A stretch of DNA of 64,000 nt from Haliotis rubra. Lineage: Eukaryota. Both the position numbers and the translations under genes were made by a program. Location of the stretch: NCBI RefSeq assembly GCF_003918875.1, contig NW_025767192.1, forward strand, positions 248,001-312,000. Reading direction: 5' to 3'. The notes under the pieces were generated by a model that ran no database searches, was not told the DNA's origin, and saw nothing but the letters and a program-made list of their open reading frames with translations. How positions within the stretch are numbered: the stretch's first letter is position 1; the number at the start of each line of letters is the position of its first letter. Below are positions 40,401 through 54,300 of the stretch, piece by piece.

Positions 40401-43400
40401 AAAAGATTAAGATTTCACAGCTCTATAAAATTGTATTCTTCTCTTGAATTGTATTCGTCACATATGACATGTTAAGGTTTATTGCTAAGCTTGGTGTACA
40501 TTTAGATTTAAATATCACGAGCTAATGGTCAAAGAATGTAGAAAACAAAATATATCAACTTCAGAAGGATCATATCTAAGACACACTGCACCCAGACGGG
40601 AAACAGAAAAACGGGTGAGTCTTGGCGCATTGCCCGTTGATATACTTGATTGATTAGATATTTACTCATATACAACTGAACAACTATCAGTAAAACTTTC
40701 GGTGACTTCATGCATAAAATACATTTACTTCATGCGGAGAAAGATAGAATGTATAGAGTGGACGAATGTAGCTGAAGGAATCATCTGGATATATTCTGGG
40801 GAAGGTTGGAGAAACATTGACAGTGACTAATTATACCCCATGTTTCGAAGGGGAAAAAGTAATGATTTATTTACTTGTTCTTACGAAGTAGCATTTGTTT
40901 AGCTTCCGTCATTATATAACTGTGTATCCTGAAACAGTGAACAGAAACATACTGTTTTCAACGAAACTCTCAAGAATACCAAATGATTTATCTAAAGCAT
41001 GGCGCAATAAACATAGTACGAAAACGCCAGAGACAACTCGGTTTCTTTCTTCAAATTCAGTTTGTACTGGGCTTAAACCGGTAATGTGTTGACCAATATC
41101 ATGTAAACATTATTAGAATATAGTGAACATGAATTACAAGATATCTATGCATCTTATGACGACCATCAAAAAGCATGTACAAGATCAACTGTGACGTCAC
41201 AGGTAAATGACATCACATGAATCCGTACAGAAAGGCATAACAATGCACGGCAACTGTCCCTCCAGACTGCAATTTTCTTTTACGAGAGATGACAAATGGT
41301 TTCAAATGCAGAGAACAATAAGATGCCAGTCTTTCAAATACGTCTCAGAACCATAAACTTAAGGTAGTGCTTAGACAATCGTAAATCTATTATAAACAAT
41401 ACAGGGATGATTGTCATGGCATTTTACAGGCTTTGCTGATTGGGGAAATCATTATCCTTCCGGCAAATATTTGTCATCATGGTTTGTTTTGCGAGCCCTT
41501 CAAATTACACAAATATCAAGAGCGATGACAAGAGTACATAATTGAAGAACTAGATAATGTAACTTTCCAGACGGCATATGAAATTGAAGCTGCTTAACGC
41601 CGGGTATTCAAGGTTTATAAATTGTAAGAAGAAAACCGTATCCATTTGAATCATTCATGAATCATTGTGGAAATTGCTTTTCGAAACCCTTAGTCCTTTC
41701 TGATATGAAAGATAAATGTTGCGGCTAAATGATGGAATTAATAGCATCTCTGACTATTTCCTTTCATCTATAAACACCTATTTTACAGAAAAATACACCA
41801 TCAACGTGTCTATGAAATAGTCGTCGTTCTATGCCATGGGCCACAGGTGCAAATACATCAGTCCCATTAGGAAACTCTCTAATATGAGTCTCATAAATAT
41901 GCATACAGCTCTCATGTTACACGTGGCCAAACTCTCGTTCCGACGAGATTTAGTATTTGAGTTGATGGCACGTGTTATCTACTTGGGCAAGGATCGATGG
42001 TGATAAGACGCCATTCTCTCCTTAGGAGGAATTCTTGAAAAGTCAAGTAGAATACTCTGTAGCTGGCCCAGAAAGAGCTTCCTCTATGAGATGTGATTCT
42101 GTGTCTAGTGAATGGTAATGTGACACGGTTATTGCACCGTCATTTGATAAAATCACTCCTTCGGAGGCTATCTAATCTTTGCGACTTTAAATTGATATTT
42201 TTCACATCCATACCTCACTACGATCATAAGTTTTACGATTGAAAAATATCAATAGCTGCATCTTTTACGGAAGCAATCTTTTATGACAGGTTTGAAAATC
42301 TATGAATAGCAAGTAACATTTTTAAAACGTCAGGCCTTTAGGTAACATTGCCAAGTCAGGTTCAGAATTAACTGACCATTCCCCATTTTTAAACAAAAAG
42401 AAAGGAATTCAATTCCACGAAAGTTAGGACTATCACACATCAGATTAGCATGTGTATTTCATTGGTCACATTTGATTAGTGACCATTTATCGTGTCCCCA
42501 CCGTTGGACATGTATTCACACCTTTACAACATATTTATCAAACCTTTCCATTTGTCAAAACACGTGAACCCCATAAAATTTATTCTGAACCCGCATTCTT
42601 AAATGTCACTACCTCTTTGAGGAACGGATTCATATCTTGTGTGAGACATTTATGTAAACTGCGGCATCTTATAACTTTCGCCTGAGAATTTATACATACT
42701 AATACGATTCTGACACTCGAGACGTGCACATTTTGTAATTACAATGTAGATATTCATGGCCTATATCCAATGTCATGCCGCCAGTTCGGATGTTCAGGAA
42801 CGTGCTATCAGCTTCATCCGTAGTCACTGTTGGTTTTCAGAAATGATATATTGATATTTTTTTTGCCAAACTGATAAAATGCATTGACGTATTTGATAAA
42901 TGATCTACTTGTACGACTTAAAGGTAAAACATGTGTGCCTATCCGTTGAAAGACTTATGTTGCTTTCGCGCACTGAAATCAGCACAGCTATATACATGTC
43001 TCTGATGTTTACGTAGAAAAGTTTTCACCTACTCAACTCGATAAAATTGTTTCATTTCTTCTCGTTGTATTTTTTTCGCCATGGTATGTGATATTTTAAG
43101 GTGTACTCAGTCATTGCACTTCTCAAATAGAAGCCAGTTCATCTGGCCTTCTCAAAGATGATCGTAAATCCCCGGCAGGTCTACAGCAGACTAATAACTC
43201 GGTCAAAGTTGATGATAAGTACTATAACAGACATACACAATTAGACCGGCTTTTTCCGCGGAACCAGATTTAATTTCGGGTTACCTTTCAAACCAATATC
43301 CATCCATTTCAAATGTGTTACTTTTGGTTTAGTGGTGAGATGTTCCAGCAGTTTGGTGAGACTGATTACCGTGGTTGTTGAAAAAGTAAAGACTTAATTT

Positions 43401-43604
43401 TAGACCTGGGTTTAAAAATACACTTGAAAGCCAGTTTATTACTTTAAAACGGGAAGCAAGAAACATGACATCTTGTAACTGTAAACATGCTGCGTTTTAT
43501 GGTGTTCAAGAGTAAAGTTAAACTGTTGAGCATGTGGTTTGGAAAGACCTTTGACACAGGGGAGAATCCTGACCAATCACAACCTACAAACACATATAAG
43601 TCTG

Positions 43605-44097
43605 CAGAGCTCCAGATAAGATTTAGCTCATGTGGGTACTGTACCCACTGTATTTTTTTGGAGTGGGTATTATGAATGTTGAGTGGGTATTTTTATTTTC
43701 CGTTACCCACTGCTTTCAAACATGTGCGTATTTCAGTCATTTACTCACCTAAGTATTATGTGACTGAGTAAGTTTACTAAGCAGGTATGTTCTGCCTTAT
43801 GACTATGTCATACCTAATCAAAACCAACTTAAATATAATGGAAATGAGTTCATAAAAAAACACTCATCCTAAATGGACAGTACAGCACTTGTCCTATACT
43901 AACAGTACAACTTGATATGTCGATGTTTTCATTACGCAAGCGATTTTTATAAATATATTCCGTACGCATTTGTTTTAAACTTTTTGCGTATCTAACATTT
44001 TAAATGCGTAATTGGTACGCAACAATTATTTTTCAATGCGTAATTGGAAATTTTATATGCGTATTTTACCCGGATACGCAGCTTATCTGGGCCTCTG
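43605..44097. mobile_element. Non-autonomous hAT-like MITE
   Basis: TIRs CAGAGCTCCAGATAAG and CTTATCTGGGCCTCTG, subterminal TGGGTA/TGCGTA repeats, absent from copy 2. No TSD seen. Confidence 0.7.
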
Positions 44098-46911
44098 ATT
44101 AATTTAAGTAATAACACACGTGGAAGAGGAAACAATCTTACACACTGCGTGCGATGATGGTAACTCTGTGAAGAGTGGACGTACCTGCAGGCGATTGGTT
44201 AAGGTTGTCATGGTATGTACGTCTTCAAGAAAGCCGTTCTACTCGTGTGTGGGACGTCCAATCCAATGGTTGAAGGGAAACGCTTGATGATATAAATATG
44301 AGTCGGTACTAAGGAATTTCTATTGAAAACAACGTTTAACACCTGCTCAATCCCCATCTATGTGCTGAGTAATTCCACCTACATCGTAGGGATATGCATA
44401 TGTTTCTAACTACTGGAAGTCTATGCTGTCAGTACTGTCAAATAAGCGAATCAATTATATAGTGTTTATTCAGGAGGCTTGACTAAATAGTATATCTCAA
44501 ACAATTTACATTTACATAATTACAAACGACATAAAGTTATTTATACCCACCAAACACATTTGCTAAAAGAAGAGGTCATTGTAGGATTTATACTATATCA
44601 TGAGCATGTGTTTAGGAATCACTATCAAATAGTGATGATTCCAGGTGTTCGTGAAAGGGTAGGTGTGACTGCCTTGTGTCACCAGTGATAAACACATGCA
44701 AATGCAGAGCAATAGTTTAAAAAGACAACGTTACATGGGGAATGGCATCGTACGCCATATAATTTGAGATGCCCTCCACGCGTCTATCTTGAAGCTTTAT
44801 TAAGTTTTACAAATAAAATAATTTAATCTCAAATTGGTATAAAATTCCTTGGTTTCCCGAACTTAATATATAGTTGTAAGTGTTAAACGTTGGGAACCAA
44901 GCAATATATATCCAAGAGGGATGAGACGGATAAGTGAGTGGAAGGCCCATTAACGACATTGTTGCATGTCTTTCAAGGATCTCACGAGGACAGATATATA
45001 TTACCGACAGATCACAAAGTATTAAAGATCATATGATCCCGTCACGAAAAACGGACACAACCGTGAAGTCATATGTCTATATATCACATTAACCATACTA
45101 CCATACCGATAACCTCTGACAGGACGAACATGTTTAACGGACTTGCAGGCAGCTCTACATTCAATGCGTTAGACCAATAAACCGATCTGAACACTCGCTC
45201 CGACCATCATCAAAGAAACGATTCCTAAAGTACCAGGACCTTACCATTAATATGCACTAGACCCTACACTAAAACGCTGACGAATGGGCATATCATTTAC
45301 AAGTATGGGGACATGTAATCACCTATGTGCAAATGCTTACGCGATACCAACGCAGGATGCTTCTAATTGTAATGCTTCCCGAGGGAGAGATGTTACATGT
45401 TCTGGTTTCCATGTTACAAACGCGTTTACTGTGTTCAAGACATTCCCAGGTTTCGGCACAAGCCTGCCATTATATTATATAAGCGTTATCGTTTGTGATT
45501 GCACACAGGAGACGAACAGCCGTTATGAAGTTTCTTGGAATAATATATATGATTCTCTTGTGCGTAATGCTAAAGTGTTGATGTCAAATAACATTAAATA
45601 GCTTGTGTTGGGTCGTGTGTGGGTGTAAATAGTTTTTGTTATGCATCGTCCTTTGAAGCATGTAATAATATTTGCATATCGCATATGGACACCAAACCAA
45701 ATTCATGTTGAAATAAAAATGAAACATTAACAATAATGAATTTAAGTGTGTTTTAATCGGTATGGTAGTTTGGATGACATACAAATAACTTGCACGAATT
45801 AAACCTCCCATCCTCTCTAATATTTTACTGTGTGACCAGCCTAACAATTCCCTCCTTGCCCCATTGAATAATGTTCGCAGTTTACTTAAACTTGTACACT
45901 GACCTGGGGAACGGAAAGATGATTGGAATATAATTCAATTTTATGCCTAGGTTTGAAATTATAGGTCGGTGAATACCGAAAACATCGATTGTTGTTAAAA
46001 CACATCAATCGTAAATGTTTCTAGTTGTGATAATATCATCCCATGGGGTTTAAAACTAATGTTTAGACTTAAATAATGTTCTCCAAATTCAGATAACGAA
46101 TAATTTCAAATATTGGCAGAACAATCATGTTGTCTTTATGTTGCGGAGTAAGATGTCAGATTGACAACTGTAAGCCACGTAAGCAAATTTACATCCCTTT
46201 TAGATCTTAGTTAGAATGATGTCATATTGGCAATTTATCAGCCATGTGGTTCAGAATTTGATAAAACTGCCATAGCATTACATGTGCACATGGCCAGTGT
46301 GGTTTGATAATAAATACTCTATCGTCGGTTTGATTTTGTATTGAGGAATTCTATGGTTATAAACGCACTCCCTCGGTATCTGTATTATAATATTGTGTTT
46401 AATCGTCTGGACGAACGAATGTCCGAGTTGGAACAGACCCGTCAGCATGTCCGAATGTCAACTTACCCAACTATCAGTTGCGGATACATGTACAATGTCT
46501 AAAACATGTTCTACATAAGATAAAATAGACAACAACTTTATAACTAACGAAAAATGGATTCATACATTTACGCAACGTAAATTGATTCGTCAGACCCAGA
46601 GCCTATTTTCAATAAAAACTGATAGAATATATATCACTATGACAAGCATAAACTATATGCATGGAAATACACATTGTAAAGTATTTTGGCCGTTCACTTT
46701 TCTTTTAAGATACTTTTTTTTCTTTTAAGAATAAAATATGAATCCACAGTTTCTGATATCTATGGGAATACACGCAATGTGCCGGAATCTTGGGTCTCCG
46801 TGTCGTCACAGAGATTGCGGAAATGTCTATCAGCAAGACATCACGACCGTGACTGAAATCAAGGAATCCTGTGACATATATCCGTATAACAGAAAACGTT
46901 TCCTCCGTGTC

Positions 46912-47070
46912 AGGGCGGGTGGGTTAGTCCAGTAGTTAAGGGTATTCCTCATCACGAAGACAGGTCTGGTTTGATTCCCACAAATGTTCAATGTGCAAAG
47001 CCATTAATGTTAGGCCCACCGTGACATTGCTGGAATATTGTTATAACCGGCGTAAAACCACACTCACTCA
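46912..47070 (+). mobile_element. Degenerate SINE family A
   Basis: Decayed head; GACATTGCTGGAATATTG..GGCGTAAAACC..ACTCACTC tail. Confidence 0.75.
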
Positions 47071-47848
47071 GTCATACTGTAGACTTAGGTCACTGATTTA
47101 CACTGCATTAATCAAGTCTGTTCAATAGAATTCAGTTGAAGGGCAGCTAAAAGGTAGATCAATTTGTCTGGATTATATTACTGTACAATTGACTGCAGGG
47201 ACAGAAAATACGTCGCCTGAAGTGGTGTCGGATCTGATGTCTGGTAAATACCAGTTAACTAGGGATAATGGCGAGAAGGATTCCCAAAGACCTGATAGGT
47301 ATGTCCACCTAATGATGATGTCTTCTATTCTAACCTTCTGGTTATTCGCAGTAAATGGTTTGAAGGTTGTACACAGCAATTGCTGATAACAGATGTTTCC
47401 AGGAGGATGTTGTTCGTGTTAACCGGGTTTGACTGCCAGACGCTCTTTCTCTCTTATCGTGATTCCTTGACGTCGTGACAAAGACGAAACCAAGGTGTGA
47501 CGAAACTGGGTTTGACGCCATGTCCAAAACAAATGCATTCATTTAACAGCGTGCATGCACGTGCATGTGTTTTGCACGAGTCCGCTGACGTATCATTTCG
47601 CAATTTTTCGTCCCTTGTAGGGCACTCCAAACTCAACAGACATTTTCCCTATTGTATCGAAGGTCTTTTTCACACTGCGATCACAAGATCGAACCTACCG
47701 ACCGCTCTTGTGGTGGACGTTCTAACCACTAAACCACGGCCTTCCAAAGTATGCATGCCAACGACGTGTGACAATGTAGTGTCGATAATGATAGTTTTCT
47801 GCGTGCTGTTTTTAGCTTAATGAAAGACGTCCATGCGATATCATACAC

Positions 47849-48083
47849 GGTTGGTTGGTTTGTTGTTTAACGCCGCACTCAGCAATATGCAAGCTATAGG
47901 TCTGTAAAAAATCGAGTCTGGACCAGACAATCCAGTGATCAACAGCATGACGACCGATCTACGCAAATGGGATACGATGACGTGTCAATCAAGTCAGGGA
48001 GCCTGACCACAAGATCCCGCAAAGAGCGTTTGGCGACACGTATCGGTTACTGAAGATCAATTCTAACCCGGATCTTCACAGGT
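47849..48083 (-). mobile_element. SINE family B
   Basis: Family B body and head. Confidence 0.9.
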
Positions 48084-48124
48084 CCGTTATATAGGGTTGT
48101 TAAGAAGATGATTACGTAAATACA

Positions 48125-48189
48125 TGTAGATATATAGACAGACAGATAGACTGACTGACGGACCGACCGACCGATAAACAGACGCACAC

Positions 48190-48220
<31 letters not shown>

Positions 48221-48222
48221 TA
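48125..48222. repeat. (GACA/GATA/GACC)n compound microsatellite
   Basis: Direct reading. Confidence 0.9.
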
Positions 48223-48899
48223 TGCAGGTAGGCACGGAAGCACAACATATGTAATCCCGTAAAGAAGATTTGAGAATCTGGACAAGAAACTCAGTCTATA
48301 TCAAATCGGTTGAACAATCGTTCCACACCATCAGGACATGATTATTCGACATCAGCCAAAACATTCACCATGACCACATTACGACTGTAAGTGCCAACAG
48401 AAGATGCATATAATATTGTTGTCTCTCTTGAATGAAACCAAGCACTTGATAGCTGGTCAAGGTTGTTTATACTAGAAATCCAATTAAACATATTCTTAAA
48501 ATTCTCAATAATTTCTGGTCATACTATACATTAGATTATATACAAGGAGCCTGCGAGATAATGTAATAACAGTTCACTGTTCAAAACACGTTTCTGTAGA
48601 CTTTGAATATAATTGTACCGTTGATACAATAATACGGAATTAAATGATAGCTGACATTCACGTGGCATCGCAGAAGCATCAATTCATATAATTTTCTTCA
48701 CGGTGTTTGCCTCTTATGACCTCTGGAATCTGTAGCGACAGATACCCGCGACTCATATTACCCGGAGCAGACATTTTCCATTCATAATTTGGGACCTTGT
48801 AAGGCTTGATTCAAATATATCAGAAACAAAACAAATCTTCTTGACCACATGAATTCTTTGTTTTCTTCAACCTGAGTGCGTGGGTCGGTGATTGATTAA

Positions 48900-49057
48900 T
48901 TGAGCGAATGCGGACATATTCGTGTGGTTTTAGGTCATGTGTAAAACGATATAGCAACATCACGGCGGGAGAGTGTAGAAAGGGCCATGTGCGGGGAACA
49001 AACGGGGTTAGTCCGCGTAACGAGTGAACGCTGTAACCTTCAGGTTACCCCACCGCG
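48900..49057 (-). mobile_element. Highly degenerate SINE family A
   Basis: GCAACATCACGGCGGG...GTTACCCCACCG. Confidence 0.6.
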
Positions 49058-49209
49058 ATCCTGCAGCAAAAAGACGCCTCATTTCGACGTGCAGAGTTAC
49101 GCCCCTCGTCTGCGCCAAAAATTTGTTTCGATTGTGTTTTGCTTTGATGTAATTGGACGCAAACTTAAATCCAAACCCTACAATGGTGTGTTTAATATCG
49201 TTTGTTTAG

Positions 49210-50191
49210 CTTTATTGAAAAAATCCTCCTTAGACAGTGAAGAACTTAAGAATTTCAGACCAGTGTCCAATCTGCCTTTTCTGTCACCACTCTGCCGACT
49301 TCTGAAACACTTTCTCCCTAATCCGACAGATGCTGTGGAAGCTCTGGAACAAACACCCCTCTGTTCTCAGGACATTAAGTCCTGGATGTTGAGAAACAAA
49401 CTCAAACTCATCGATGACAAAACGGAGTGCCTCATAGTTGGACCCAAGCTGAGGCGGTCCAAAGTTGATACCACTTCCATACCTTTTGGGAGTTGTCTCA
49501 TTAAGGTAGCAGAGGTAGTCAAAGATCTAGGTGTCCATCTTGATTCTGAGTTATCCTTGGAGAACCATGTCAACAACTTAAACAAGAACTGCTTCCTCCA
49601 GCTTAGAAACATTGGAAATATAAGGAAGTATCTCAACAAACAATCGGCAATCATTCTTGTTCTTTAGTCAAACATTTCCAAGGTAGATTACTGCAATAGC
49701 CTACTCTGGGGGGACTCCTCAGACAACAATAAATAAGCTCCAGAAAATAAAAAATACTGCCGCAAGAATTGTGACTCTCTGCCGAAAATATGACCATATA
49801 ACCCCCATTCTCCAACGTCTTCATTGGCTTCCTGTGAAAGAACGTATTTCCTACAAAGTCCTGTGTCTTGCGTACAAATGCATTGCTCAGTGACCTACTG
49901 CAGCCTTACAGACCACTCACTCACTCACTCACTCAGATCCCAAGCACAACATCTCCTCTGTGTCCTGAAAACTAAGACTGAAAGCTATGGGCATCGCTCT
50001 TTCTCTTACTCGGCAGCAACAGAATGGAATCAACTTCCTATCGAAATAAGACTTGCTCCAACATTCAAATCGCTCAAAACATTTCTGAAGACCCGTTTGT
50101 TTAAAATAGCATTCCTTAACTAGACTTTAACTGTGCGCTTCGAGCATGCATTGAGCGTGGAGTATCAGCGCTATATAAATGCACTATTATT
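49210..50191 (+). mobile_element. L2-clade LINE 3' fragment with the RT core deleted
   Basis: LLKKSSLDSEELKNFRPVSNLPFLS is joined directly to WMLRNKLKLIDDKTE, then VKDLGVHLDS, LHWLPV, YGHRSFSYSAATEWN and a (TTA) tail. Confidence 0.85.
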
Positions 50192-50504
50192 AGTTGTTTA
50201 ACGAAGCAGTCAGCAGTATTCCAGGTAATGGCTCCGTCTGTAAATACTCGAGTTTGGTCCAAACAATCCAATGATTCACATATTGAGCTCCGGTCTAAAC
50301 AATTGGGATGCGATGACATGACAGCGAGCCTGACCAACCGATCCCGTTGGTATTTTCTTACGACAAGGGCGGTGGTTAAAGCGTAAGCTCGTCATGACAA
50401 AGACCTGGGTTCGATTCCCCACATGGGTACAATGTGTGAAGCCCATTTCTGGTGTTCCCCGCAGTGATATTGCTGAAAGTGGTGTAAAACCATACCTACT
50501 CACT
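50192..50504. mobile_element. SINE B (-, 50192-50366) adjacent to SINE A (+, 50367-50504)
   Basis: Family-diagnostic motifs. Confidence 0.85.
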
Positions 50505-51316
50505 CGAGAACAAAGACACGTCAGCCGAATATTTTTGTAATGATATATGAGCTATGAAAATAAATGTCATTGTCTAGATGCTATGCACTTTATATCGACT
50601 ATTGAATAACCAGCTGATATAAGTCAAAAACATGCATATCTCAAGATACCAAGTACAAAGACATCTGTCTGTTCCCTCCACATGAACTTCCTCTCTCGAT
50701 GGCCATCTTTACAGGAGGTTGCATCCAACCGATTCCAGAACGAGACCCATGATAAGTTTGTCCGTCATTCAATCGGCAGGCGAAGATCTTCAAAGGCAGT
50801 GCACTACACGTGTCGGCATGCCTGATCGACGGATTATAGCTATGCTCTGTATGTTTATTTTTACAAGTTACATTATTTGTAGAGTTTTGACTCAGCAAAC
50901 AGCAAGGGTTATCCACGGTCAGAACGACTGAGGCAGCCTAAGCAGGATCGTGCACTTGTTATTGTAACAAGGTGTGAGTCTTTCACAGTGCAAAGTGCTT
51001 CAGGAATTTTGGGGGTGTTAAGGTCATTGTCGAAAACTGGTGTTGATCTCGGTTGAAAAATCAAACAATAGCTGTTGTTAAGCACAGAGCAGGCACACTT
51101 TCCTACATGTTTATATACAGTAACAGAATTGCCGTCGCACAATGGGTTACAGAGAGGACACACCGTGTTTATGAGGGTCGACAAATGAGATCAACTGGCA
51201 ATTACTGCGCTATAACCGCACTTCAATCCTAGCTCCTTCCATCGATCACTGATTTGCTCGCTCAAGACCACCGTGACATGAAGGGAATAAATTTCATTCC
51301 ACAAATTTCATTATAA

Positions 51317-51321
<5 letters not shown>

Positions 51322-51354
<33 letters not shown>
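51322..51354. repeat. (TG)n microsatellite
   Basis: Direct reading. Confidence 0.95.
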
Positions 51355-51358
<4 letters not shown>

Positions 51359-54300
51359 ATAGATGAATATAACTTTATCTGTACGTGTTGTGTGCACATA
51401 CCAAGCAATCATATAGAGATTGTTTCCAACCTCATGACGTTTATGTCCAACTTGACAAATCTAGTATTCTTTGTATTTGAATTGTATTTGGTTGTGGCAC
51501 GTTGATGCAGAATAAACGCAGGCGAAACCTGATCAGAGTATATCAAAAATGTCCCTTCAACTATACATCGGTTTGTGCCAATAATGCCCCCATATTTCAC
51601 AGTTTCTATGAGTTAGAACTTCAATGTTTCCATACCCTGAGACCTACTTAATGACGTTTGCGGCGCAACGTCGGAAGATGAATGGATGTTGTGGGAGCAC
51701 TGTTTGTTCAGGAAATTATCGTGCCGGTGTTTGCGACTGGTGTAAGAGTCTGCAAGGAGGACACTGGTGAAACGATCTGCTAGTGTTGAAATAATTTCTC
51801 TTAACATGTTATTTACAACATGAAAAGATTTATGCATGAAACAAATGGACTATAATTACACTGTCTTCATCAACCCACCCTTGTCGTAAGCCAATACCTT
51901 GCAGTTACAGACCAAGACTGAAAGACTACAGACTTGAGAATAAATAGAGATTATTACACGAGCAAGTGTGTCATACGACTTATACGAAATGAGTGTGAAA
52001 TTGTGTATACACAAATTTTGTACGAGTTTCGTATAAGTCGTGTGTGGCACACTTGTGAGTGTAATAATTTCGTTATTGACCATTATATTCATGTACATTT
52101 GTGCAGTAAAACACGGTAAGCAAGTGTGACTGCCCTGTTCATTGAGGTCACGTTCAATTGTGTAACGACGTCACAGACAACGAAATACAGAAACAATGGT
52201 TGCTGGGCAAAAGCGATATGTGCACATATGACACACATGACACTGGCTATGTTTCACCATATGGATAATAAATATGATCCACGTCGTGTTCCAGATTACT
52301 GTGACGTCCGCGGACAGAGAGAATGTTTGTATGCGCTTGTCCATACCGATGCAAGTTTTATAGTGCTATCTCATTGGGAATCCATGCCACAGTTTGGATC
52401 GTGCACTTGTTATTGTAACATGCCACAGTTTGGCATGGGTATCCAACTCAGACGGAGCATACTGACTGAAATGCGATTCATTATATCACCCACCTGAACC
52501 TAGACGAACCAACACTCACTCTCTCTTCTACAACCACCGCTGGCCTCAGTTAAAACAACATGTCGCCACAATATCTTCCACTTTGGTGTTGTCTTGTCTG
52601 ATGATTTTGCTACAGGAGATTGGCCCCGTTCTCTCTCACTAAAAGGCTCTTAAACGTTGTAACCAGATAACCAGTGCTCCATACATTCACTAGAGGTGTC
52701 GTGAAGCTGAAAGTCAGACAGGAGTTTAAATGCCTAACATCCACAGAAAGCACATAAACCTAGACAACAATGAGGCATCTACATTTACTTACTAAAACGT
52801 AAGATACACTAGGTTTAATGGAGAACATGAAATACACGTGTAACCAATTCAGGGGGAGCAACACAATAACCTGATGGGCACGAAAACATACTTTCGAAGA
52901 GAGGGAAAACATGAAAGGAAAATAATGCAAACGGTTTTAAAACTTCATCAAGAAAAAACAAGACCTATGTCCTTTGAAGCGAGGCTTGTGGTAATGAAAA
53001 AATAAGAAATAATGTGCCTACTCATATTGCCCTGGACTCTTTAGAGAAATTGCGTGCTCAAACCGCTAGTGTTATTACCCCGGTCAATGGTTCAGCGTGC
53101 AGTCCATTTTCTTTCAAAGCTCCCAGTAAACATAATATATTTGAAGACTGAGATTGTTGAAATGTATACTGGCATGCAGATCCTGAAACATAAGAAATAT
53201 TCTAGCATCCCCTGCAAACCATCCCTCCCCTAAGTAAGTAGTCGATACTATAGCAGGTCTAGATTACTTCGGTTTTGTAAAATCGATATATTCTTTGGTC
53301 CCTTAATTATTATGTATCCGCAGACAATTCAACAGAAAATATTTCAAATTTTGAATATTTTCATATATGAGACTTAATACTAGTAAAGAAACAAAATAAG
53401 GGTATTATCTGAAATATTAGTTCAATGCCAACGAAATAGCATTCTTTAAGCATTGATGCCGAATCCGTTGTACATCAAATGAACTAATTGCTCCAGAATC
53501 ATGAGGTGTAAGAACACACATTTCCATAATGAGATTGAACGAAAGCATTTACTTCCTGCATGGCACTCCTCAACTGAATGCCAGTGCAACAAAAGGTTAA
53601 AATAGCGCCCACGTTTAGCCACTCGTTCTTTGACAGAAATGTCGCAATTGAAAGTTAGACTATCTTAAAATAACACATGTGGGCGTGTGTGCGATTACAT
53701 CTGTCCTTCATTAAATGAGGCTGACTGCAGTACACCTCTTACAACATCCGATATTTTTTCACAGAACAGCTAGGACATGTACTTCCTGTGGAATGCGTTA
53801 ATCGATGTGTTTTAAGATAAAGCGAGTTATTGACCTAACGAAGGTGAGCTTCATGAAACACAGATAATAAAAACAACCATATGTCCAGGGTAACCACAAC
53901 TAACATTTTGTACCAGAAATATTGTTTAAAAAGGCATCTACAGAAAAACAAAATTCAAACGGAGCCCAGATCAAGGTTTAATTTATTCTAAAGCTGTGGC
54001 AATCCAGACTTGCGAACGCATTGTAGGCTTGAGTTGCACTTTCCTTTAACGTATTCGCTTGATCCTGGAAGGAAGAAAGCCTGTATAACGGTGGATGACT
54101 ATAGCAGTCTCAATGTAACGTTCATTGGGGTTCATGTATATCAGTTGATGCTTATGAAAAAGGGATGATCCGATAGTTGTATTGTTTAATCAAATGTTGA
54201 ACATGCACCCTTCTGGGACCTTCTTCGCCCACCATGTTGACATCGTATGTTCAAAGCGAGCCCAATTCCTGTTTTCATAGAATCAACACAGAATGGGTAC

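Larger units (their letters stand above)
28800..43600. repeat. Family II segmental duplication, copy 1
   Basis: Colinear, same-orientation similarity to 52450-63890 apart from copy-specific insertions. Confidence 0.95.

Noticed and set aside
25360-45135. Polinton/Maverick call based on size and inverted repeats
   Set aside because: No recognisable pPolB, integrase, ATPase or capsid remnants and no defined termini.
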